Origin: Octopus vulgaris
Lineage: Eukaryota
Length of the DNA: 64,000 nucleotides
Assembly: GCA_951406725.2 (NCBI GenBank)
Contig: OX597817.1
Location: forward strand, 154,008,001 to 154,072,000
Direction: 5' to 3'
Under the pieces are notes generated by a model. The model was not told where the DNA came from, searched no databases, and saw only the letters and a program-made list of their open reading frames with translations. Shown one piece after another: positions 54,520 to 64,000 of the stretch; position 1 is the stretch's first letter; the number at the start of each line of letters is the position of its first letter. The translations under genes and the position numbers were made by a program.

Positions 54520-54605
54520 GTGATGATGATGATGAGGAGGAGGAGGAGGAGGAGGTCAACGACGACAGTGACGATGACAATGACCTCAGCAAAGACGATG
54601 ATGAC
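54375..54605. repeat. Compound (GAT)n/(GGT)n/(GAG)n microsatellite
   Basis: Trinucleotide runs; source of the homopolymeric ORFs. Confidence 0.9.
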
Positions 54606-54927
54606 CTCATAAGTACCCAAGTATAAAATAGCAACACTAATGAAAGGTAGAAAGCTGACCACTAAAGATTTAATAGAAACAGGTAGGAATGCCGACAACA
54701 TCTGATTAAATTAAATACATACAGCAAGCAAGGTAATTACAAAGTTAAGCAGGTATTCCCCCAAATCTACTCATACAGGAATATAAAAAACTCAAAGTAG
54801 GAACACAAACAGACGAAAGAAAGAGACAACTTTGAAATCAATATCAAAACACCACACCTAGAAAAAATAAAGTATCTGAAATCAAAGAACGCTAAGTTAT
54901 AAATAATCCATTTGTATAAAAAGTGCC

Positions 54928-55340
54928 AAGGAGTGGCTGTGTGGTAAGTAGCTTGCTAACCAATCACATGGTTCCAGGTTCAATCCCAATGAGTGGCATC
55001 TTGGGCAAGTGTCTTCTGCTATAGCCGGGGCCGACCAATGCTTTGTGAGTGGATTTGGTAGACGGAAACTGAAAGAAGCCTGTCGTATATATGTTTATAT
55101 ATGTGTGTGTGTGTGTTTTTGTGTGTCTGTGTTTGTCCCCCTAGCATTGCTTGACAGCCGATGCTGGTGTGTTTAGGTCCCCGTCACTTAGCGGTTCGGC
55201 AAAAGAGACTGATAGAATAAGTACTGGGCTTACAAAGAATAAGTCCCGGGGTCGATTTGCTCGACTAAAGGCAGTGCTCCAGCATGGCCGCAGTCAAATG
55301 ACTGAAACAAGTAAAAGAGTAAAAGAGAGTAAAAGAGAAA
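54928..55340 (+). mobile_element. SINE family C
   Basis: Full-length copy with (agtaaaag)n tail. Confidence 0.9.
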
Positions 55341-55768
55341 GAGTTGTTTGAACAAAACAAACAGTTTGACTTCAAGCCAAGCATTTTTTTTTTATAGAAA
55401 ACTTGGGAATATTAAAATAGAAAACAATGCAGCACCTACCACAAGATGAGCAGAAGAATTCTTAAGTGTGTGTGTGTGTGTGTGTGCATGCACATGCATG
55501 CATGTGTGTATTTTTATCTATTTATCTACCAATCTTTCTCTCTACATATATAAAACATTTACATACAGATATATATGAGTATGTTTGTGGGCTAAATGGA
55601 ATCATATGCATATATACATACACACATGCATACATACATACATATATATATATAAATAAATAAATGTATATATATATATACACACACACACACACGTATA
55701 TATATATATGTGTGTATATAAATATACATACATAGAGAGAGAGAGAAAGAGATACACACATACACATA

Positions 55769-55817
<49 letters not shown>

Positions 55818-55979
55818 GTATATAATCAAAAGGGTAATAATATAGATTACTACCAGTGGCCCAGCACAAAGGACGAATTAGTCATTAGACAAAATATTAT
55901 TCATATAGAAATATAATTAAAGGCTCCTAAATAAGGATGCCAAGTGGTCTAATGAGCTGCACATCTCGATTTAACTTAG

Positions 55980-56063
55980 GTGTCTCGCTGATGAAACCGG
56001 CCTTAGCAAACATATTCTGTCTGTTTTGCTAGAAAGCGGTAGAAACTGATCAGTCCGGGATGC
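55980..56063 (+). ncRNA. Hammerhead motif with a 47-nt helix II, between inverted repeats 55903-55945 and 56113-56155
   Basis: gugucucg-CUGAUGA(55988-94)-aaccg..uagcaaac..guuuugcua..cggua-GAAAC-ugauca-GUC-cgggaugc. Confidence 0.78.
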
Positions 56064-56164
56064 ATCGTTATTGGTAAATGTTTTCGATTTATCCCTTTTT
56101 TGTGTCCCTAGTACTTGGCATCCTTATTTAGGAGCCCTTAATTATATTTCTATATTTATGTATA

Positions 56165-56249
<85 letters not shown>

Positions 56250-56331
56250 GTACGTAAGCAGAGAAATACAATAAATACAGACCAACAAATCTTTAAGAGT
56301 CAATGAACTAAACTGACTAAACATGTATATA

Positions 56332-56384
<53 letters not shown>

Positions 56385-57181
56385 AAGAAAAGTTTGAAAA
56401 AGAATATTGTAGGTGCATTAATTCTGTAATGCATACAGAACTAACTCCACAAAATATACAAAATAAGCATCACTACAGCAACTCTTCAACAAATAAGTTA
56501 TAGTAAAATGTTCTCAAGTATATGCAAAACAGATTTGCAAGACGAGACAGAAAATCTAGAGGATAATATCTGCTTTCAGAATATACTATTTAGAACACAC
56601 AATTAAAATATAACAGAAAGACTGTATTTACCATGAGTACAAGGAGGCTGTACATAAAAAACTATTATAAATGTCCATAGTAATACAACTAAAATATCTA
56701 ATAAAGAACAATGGAAAACTAATAGAAATATCTGTGGAAGAGAAACAAAAGAAAATACTATTTTTATCTTCAAAGAATTCGGTAGATACAAAGTAAGAGA
56801 GAAATCATAATAGAATAAATAGGAAAATTTAATAGAAACAGAAAAAAATATGAAAAAAAAAAAAAAATGATTTCACAAAAGCAATTATTCTTGAAGATTG
56901 ATGCAAAACTTATTAAACAAAGAAAAAGTGAATAACCTCAGGAAACAATAACTAAATGCAACCAAGAACTAGTTTGTTCTGATCCAAACCTAAACACTGG
57001 TTAACCTAATCAGTTATTTGTGCTTGATAACTGATTTGACAAAGTAGCCAAGGGTGTGTGATGAGAAAGTGGTCTGATCCCCATAGAGTTTGTCATCTCT
57101 TACCTGAAACCAACCAAAAATAGACAAAGAAAATGCAATAATAGAAATAGCCACCTTAATAATTTTATACATATATGCAAT

Positions 57182-57353
57182 AGGCGCAGGAGTGGCTGTG
57201 TGGTAAGTAGCTTGCTAATCAACCACATGGTTGAGGGTTCAGTCCCATTGCATGGCATCTTGAGCGAGTGTCTTCTGCTATAGCCCCAGACCGACCAATG
57301 CCTTGTGAGTGGATTTGGTAGGCGGAAACTGAAAGAAGCCTGTCGTATATATG

Positions 57354-57414
<61 letters not shown>

Positions 57415-57982
57415 TTGTGCGTCTGTGTTTGTCCCCCTAGCATTGCTTGACAACCGATGCTGGTGTGTTTATGTCGCCGACACTTAGCAGTTCGGCAAAA
57501 GAGACCGATAGAATAAGTACTGGGCTTACAAAGAATAAGTCCCGGGGTCAATTTGCTCAACTAAAAGGCGGTGCTCCAGCATGGCTGCAGTCAAATGACT
57601 GAAACAAGTAAAAGAGTAAAAGAGTAAAGAGTAATATGTTTAGTTTTTTTGTCTTTTACATGTTTCAGTCATTTTGACTGCAGCTATACTGAAATACCAC
57701 CTTAAAGGGTTTTAGTTGAACAAAATGACCACAGGACTTATTCTTTGTTAGCCTAGTACTTATCCTATTGATCTCATTTGCCAAACCACTAAGTTACAGA
57801 GACATAAACATACCAACATCAGTTGACAAGCGATGATGAGGGACAAACACAGACACAAAGACACATACACATAACTATATATACATATATGACAGTCTTC
57901 TTTCAGTTTCTGTCTACCAAATCCACTCACAAGGCTTTGGTCTGCCCAAGGCTATAGAAAAGGTCACTTGGCCAAGGTGCCA
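57182..57982. mobile_element. Tail-to-tail pair of SINE family C copies
   Basis: 57182-57632 (+) and 57650-57982 (-). Confidence 0.85.
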
Positions 57983-58168
57983 AAGTGGAATAAAGTCATG
58001 CACTTAAACAGTTGACATTTTATTAATATTATTATTATTATTATTATTACTGTTGTTGCTGTTGTTGTTGGTGTTGTTATTATGATTATAATTATAATTA
58101 TTATTATTTCTAAACCACATAGTTATGCTTGGAAATACAAACTATGTACGATGTTATAAACACTGGAT

Positions 58169-58552
58169 GGAAGCACTCCATCGGTTACGACGATGAGGGT
58201 TCCGGTTGATCTGAATCAACGGAACAGCCTGCTCGTGAAATTAACGTGTAAGTGGCTGAGCACTCCACAGGCACGTGCACCCTTAACGTAGTTCTCAGGG
58301 ATATTCAGCGTGACACAGAGAGTGACAAGGCCGGCCCCTTGAAATACAGGTACAACAGAAGCAGGAAGTAAGAGTGAGAGAAAGTTGTGGTGAAAGAGTA
58401 CAGCAGGGATCACCACCATCCCCTGCTGGAGCCTCGTGGAGCTTTTAGGTGTTTTCGCTCAATAAACACTCACAACACCCGGTCTGGGAATTGAAACCGC
58501 GATCCTATGACTGCGAGTCCGCTGCCCTAACCACTAGGCCATTGCGCCTCCA
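58169..58552 (-). mobile_element. SINE family A
   Basis: TSD TATAAACACT. Confidence 0.9.
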
Positions 58553-59332
58553 CTATAAACACTATACTCTCCAACAAGTTAGGTGCTCATTTAGAAAACA
58601 AATATCTCTTACTGGAGGAAGGAAGAAATGTATTGGAATGGATGTATAGTACAGATGTGAACTAGTAGCTTCTTTTAGATAAATATGAATGAGTGAATAA
58701 AGAAACTAGTAAACAGACAAATAACTCTAACCATGTCAGTGATTAGTAGACTATGCCATTTAAACCTTTCAATAACATACCACTTCTGACTTTAAGATAC
58801 TGGCATCATAGTATATACAAGCAAAACGCCCCCTGTCCAATGGATGGTGCTGAGTTGTCAAACATTTAAACCAAATTTTCTCAAAACAACTTGTCCGACC
58901 GTCCCATAGGCCTCCCCTCTGAGAAACACCGATTTAACCTAAATTTGAGACACCAGCAAAAGAAGAAATAAAGATAGACTTTTTTCTATTCCAAAGAAAA
59001 ACGATTTTATTCACTTTATCAATCGCATTCTCACCTGGAATTAATTTTTGTAATTTTTTCAAGACTTACACATGCCCTGATACCGTTGGTATCTACATAT
59101 CAAATTTGAGCGCAATTGGATAGAGGATGTCCGAGATCCTTGAACACACACACACACAGACAGAAAGAACAGATTTTATATAATAGACTAAGGCAATACA
59201 GAAATCATATCATGTTGAAGTGGGGAAAATCTTCAATAATTTTGTAAGATAATAGCTTCTAACTTAACCATAAAGTTTCATTAGGGGGACAGTGCATTTG
59301 TTTTAGATAACCCCAGTGCTTGAGTGATACTT

Positions 59333-59553
59333 AGGCGAGCTGGCAGAACTGTTAGCATGCCAGGTGAAATGCGTAGCCGTATTTCATCTGTCGCTACTTT
59401 CTGAGTTCAAATTCCGTCGACTTTGCTTTTCATCCTTTCTGGGTCGATAAATTAAGTACCAGTTACACACTGGGGTCGATGTAATCGACTTATTCCCTTT
59501 GTCTGTCCTTGTTTGTCCCCTCTGTGTTTAGCCCCTTGTGGGTAGTAAAGAAA
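59333..59553 (+). mobile_element. SINE family B monomer
   Basis: ggcgagctggcagaa...ttagccccttgtgggtagtaaagaaat. Confidence 0.85.
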
Positions 59554-60086
59554 TAGATACTTATTTCATCTTGCTCAAAATAGAAGAACAGTAAACTTAA
59601 CTTTAACAAGGTTCAATCTTAGAACCTGCTTGTTTTAGCAGGTTTTCATTTATAGAAGTTACTGCTATCTACATAGATTCAGTAATGATATCAAAATGTA
59701 TATCAGATTCAGCAAATGTGGCAAAGCTACTTCTAAGAAGAGAAAAATTCATTAAAATTCAAAGTATTAAGGTACATGTTAAATGCAGTACAATTAGAAA
59801 ACTAGACCAGAACCACATTAAAAACAAGTAAAACTGATAAGATAGCATATACTGTAATAAGTATTTGAAGTATATATAATAACAGTGAAAGAGAAAATTA
59901 GGAAAGCATTTGACTGATGAATAGTATAGAAGTATCAGGCTGAGATTAAACCTCAAACTCAAGGTCAGACATAAGATAATAGATAGAAATGCACAAGGTA
60001 TGGCAATGATAAATGATATGGAATAAATTGGAAGTTAAATGAAAGCTTTAGACTAGGAAATTAGGAAACAAGCTGATATAAATAGG

Positions 60087-60465
60087 TTACTCTTTTAATT
60101 GTTTCAGTCATCTGACTGCGGCCATGCTGGAACACCGCCTTTAATCAAGCAACTCGACCCCGGGACTTATTCTTTTGTAAGCCCAGTACTTATTCTATCG
60201 GTCTCTTTTGCCGAACCGCTAAGTAACGGAGACATAAACACACCAGCATCGGTTGTCAAGCAATGCTAGGGGGACAAACACAGACACACACATACATATA
60301 TATATATACATATATACGACAGGCTTCTTTCACTTTCCGTCTACCAAATCCACTCACAAGGCTTTGGTCGGCCCGAGGCTAAAGTAGAAGACACTTGCCC
60401 AAGGTGCCACGCAGTGGGACTGAACCCGGGACCATGTGGTTGGTAAACAAGCTACTTACCACACA
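60087..60465 (-). mobile_element. SINE family C
   Basis: Near full length. Confidence 0.9.
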
Positions 60466-60579
60466 GGTTACAGTTAGAATACTTGCAGAGGAGAAAAGGG
60501 TTTGAGACAAATGATAGTAGTTTGGAAAAAAATAAAATACTTTGAAGAGGGTAAAGTGAATATTAAAAAAATAAAAAAT

Positions 60580-60620
<41 letters not shown>

Positions 60621-60640
60621 AAGTAAACATATATATATAA

Positions 60641-61141
60641 CTAGCAGTATTGCCCGGCGTTGCTCGGGTTTGTAAGGGAAATAACTATATAAGCATTTTT
60701 AGAGAGTTATAGCCAAAAAATAGGAAAAAAATGCATTAAAAATGGAAAAAAATTATGGTAAATTTTTTTTTAAATCGTTGACTCATCGTAGACATTTTTA
60801 GAGAGTTACTTCCCTTATATAATAGCGAAAAAAATGCATTAAAATGGAAAAAAAATGATGGTAAATTTTTTTTTAAATCGTTGACTCATCGTAGACATTT
60901 TTAGAGAGTTACTTCCCTTATATAATAGCGAAATAAATGCATTAAAATGGAAAAAAATGATGGTAAATTTTTTTGTAAATCGTAGACTCATCGTAGACGC
61001 ATGCTAATACCCAGAAGGGCTCGATATGAATCACGACTATAAGATACCCGGTTTTGGTTAAACTGCACCGCAAAATGTGGGAGTAGTTAGAAATCTAAAT
61101 CGTAGGAGACAGACACACAACCTTACTTTTATATATAAAGA
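60641..61141 (-). mobile_element. Non-autonomous Helitron with a ~100-bp internal unit repeated about 3 times
   Basis: Reverse complement of the 25248/35457 family; cattttttagagagtt...actcatcgtagac-like unit repeated over 60690-60998. Confidence 0.85.
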
Positions 61142-61531
61142 TATGTACATCATCATCATCATCATCCATAAATGATATGGGTGGCTTATTAGCAATTTAA
61201 CAACCTAAAGGCAAATTTATAGACATGACTAGAGTGACATAGAGTACAAAGTGATACCGGCACTGCTAGAAATAAGAGTCAAACTGACTCATTAGCCACA
61301 AGAACACTATCTTGATAAGCTGACACAGGCGACAAAGCTTATTTCTAGCAATGCCAGTACCAGTTTGTACCCCCTGTCACTTTACTGACATCTATGAATT
61401 TACCTTTGGGTTGTTAATTTATCAATGAGCCACCCATATAATTTATAGTTTTGAAATCAGAACAGGGTTTTCAATGGTTTTTCTTCTAAGTTGACAAGGT
61501 GGGTTGACTTTAACCCTAGATATGGGTAAGA

Positions 61532-61589
61532 GCCACTGATGAGAATTAAGATGCCCAGCATCAAAATTCAAAATCACCGGTGATATGGC
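61532..61589 (+). ncRNA. Hammerhead motif with a 27-nt helix II and a G12A core lesion, in element 61167-61722
   Basis: gcca-CUGAUGA-gaauu..gaugc-cca-gcauc..aauuc-AAAA-u-caccggug-AUA-uggc. Confidence 0.65.
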
Positions 61590-61734
61590 CGTGTCTGCGA
61601 CTACGGGAAGCTTTGTCGCTCTTTTCAGCTTATTAACATAATAACGTGACTAATGAGTCGGTTTGATGCTTATTTCTAGCAATGCCAGTGCCATCTTGTA
61701 CCCCTCTGTCATTTTAGTGATATATATATATATA

Positions 61735-62002
61735 TACTCTTTTACTCTTTTACTTGTTTCAGTCATTTGACTGTGGCGATGCTGGAGCACTGCCTTTATA
61801 GTCGATGCTGGGGGACAAACAGACACACAAACATAAACACTCACATAAACACACACACACACAAACACACACACACGCACATATATATATATATATATAT
61901 ACGATGGGCTTTTTCCAGTTTCTGTCTACCAAATCCACTCACAAGGCATTGGTCGGCCCGGGGCTATAGCAGAAGACGGAAACTGAAAGAAGCCTCATCG
62001 TA

Positions 62003-62080
<78 letters not shown>

Positions 62081-62262
62081 TGTGTTTGTCCCCCCCAACA
62101 TTGCTTGACAACAAATGCTGGTGTGTTTATGTCCCTGTAACTTAGCGGTTCAGCAAAAAAGGCCGATAGAATAAGTACTAGGCTTACAAAGAATAAGTCC
62201 TGCTCAAATAAAGGCAGTGCTCCAGCATGGCCGCAGTCAGATGACTGAAACAAGTCAAAGAG
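61735..62262. mobile_element. Divergent pair of partial SINE family C copies
   Basis: 61735-61976 (-) joined to 61973-62262 (+). Confidence 0.8.
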
Positions 62263-62268
62263 TGACTG

Positions 62269-62322
<54 letters not shown>

Positions 62323-62863
62323 AATATAAGAGAACTGGGCTCACAATCATGAGGTAGTGAGTTCGATTCCTAGACTGGGCTGTATGTTGTGTTCTTGAGC
62401 AAGACACTCTATTTTATGTTGCTCCAGTTCCCTTAGCTGTAGAAATGAGTTACTACATCACTTGTTCCAAGCTGTACTGACCTTTGCCTTTCCCTTTGGG
62501 TGACATTTGTGGCATGGAGAGGGAAGGTTGGTATGCGTAGATGACCGCTGATCTTCCATAAAGCATCTTGCCCAGACTTGTACTTCGGAGGGGAACTTTC
62601 TAGGTGCAACCACATGGTCATTCATGACTGGAGGGGGGGGGGGGGCTTCACTTCATATATTTATATAGGTATGTTGATGCAAACAGGTAAAATAGAACTC
62701 AAAATATGAGTATATGTATAATATTTTTATGAATATTCAGCAGAAGTAACCGAGTGATTTCAGGTCCAAGAGTTTCTTGCATTGGCACTTGTCAAACAAG
62801 TGACAAGTAGTGTCAATGCATGAGACTCTTCTTGAGTCACTCTGTTGCTTCTGTTAAATATTA

Positions 62864-62894
<31 letters not shown>

Positions 62895-63215
62895 GACATA
62901 TATATATATATCACGTGATCACGTGACTGACCAGACCATCAGATGTTGTTAAACATCGCTGGTCACAATGCGTTCGCATTGTTTTAGCCTACGAATGACG
63001 CCATCCCACTGGCTAAGCGAGCAGGCCAACAAAAGAAAGAGTGGGAGAAAGAGTGGTGAAAGAGTACAGCAGGGATCACCACTCCCTGCCGGAGCCTCGT
63101 GGAGCTTTTTTAGGTGTTTTCGCTCAATAAACACTCACAACGCCCGGTCTGGGAATCGAAACCGCGATCCTGCGACCGCGAGTCCGCTGCCCTAACCACT
63201 AGACCATTGCGCCTC

Positions 63216-63315
<100 letters not shown>

Positions 63316-63766
63316 TGTGTGTGTGTGTATGTATGCATATATAATGTAAAAAGCATTGGTGCTGGTTCCATGTAAAAAGCACTGGTGATGGTGAAACATA
63401 AAAAGCACCCAGTACACTCTGTAAAGTGATTGGTTTTAGGAAGGGCATCCAACTGTAGAAACCAAACCAAAACAGATTAAGGAACTTAGTGCAGTCCCTG
63501 GCCTTGCCAGCTCTTGTCAAGCCATCCAACACATGCCAGTGTGGAAGATAGATGTTAAATTATGATGATGATGATGATGATGATGATGATGGTGATGATG
63601 ATGGTGATGATGGTGATGATGATGGTGATGATGATGATGATGATGATTGTGAAGATGATCATGATCATGACCATGATATAACTAATGTCTATAAAAGGAA
63701 TAAGCAACTGATATATATGTTGTGTTTTATAAATGATTAAATTCATAATATCCTTTTACCTTTCAG

Positions 63767-63871
63767 TTAGTAACCTTATTCAGTGCCCCGAACTACTGTG
63801 GTGAGTTTGACAATGCAGCGGCAGTTCTCATTATTGATGCAGATCTTACCTGTTCATTCAAGATTTTGCCA
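63767..63871 (+). CDS. PP1-like exon 9 ([35 protein letters not shown]); a further exon probably lies beyond the window
   Basis: Acceptor ccttttacctttcag; [11 protein letters not shown] motif; consensus donor CCA|GTAAGT at 63872. Confidence 0.95.
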
Positions 63872-64000
63872 GTAAGTAATTTTAGGATGTAAAGCTTTTA
63901 ATCCTTCTGATGTTATCCTACCCCCATTGAAACCACACTGGTTCACTGATGCAATCTTCCTAATTTTACCCCTTAGCATTCAAACCGGCTATGATAGGCC

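Noticed and set aside
58818-59187. Possible third Helitron-like element (minus strand, tctattatataaaa 5' end)
   Set aside because: The 3' CTAG and hairpin are too degraded to call confidently.

Overview
Eukaryotic, AT-rich DNA dense in microsatellites and SINEs; the repeat content resembles an octopus/coleoid cephalopod genome (inferred, not verified). Almost all ORFs in the supplied track are artefacts of (TA)n, (CA)n and (GATA)n repeats or of SINEs. The window is spanned by one real + strand gene, a divergent protein phosphatase 1 (PPP family) catalytic subunit. I reconstructed 9 coding exons (3726-63871, all GT-AG, phases consistent, 903 nt/301 aa); the last exon probably lies beyond the window. 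The introns hold CR1, Tx1/L1 and Dong/R4 LINE remnants, several tRNA-derived SINE families, Helitron-derived elements and hAT, mariner and piggyBac-type MITEs. The most striking unexplained signal is a set of non-coding, inverted-repeat elements sitting in (TA)n tracts that carry type I hammerhead ribozyme motifs. There are 8 copies with intact CUGANGA/GAAA/NUH cores plus several decayed ones, from about 7 unrelated sequence families. Most have a palindromic helix III, as in Penelope-like-element hammerheads, but five families have a greatly enlarged helix II (27-77 nt) instead of the minimal one. Four sense-strand intact-core copies bracket the 39-nt PP1 exon 8. All structures were folded by eye; nothing was computed.
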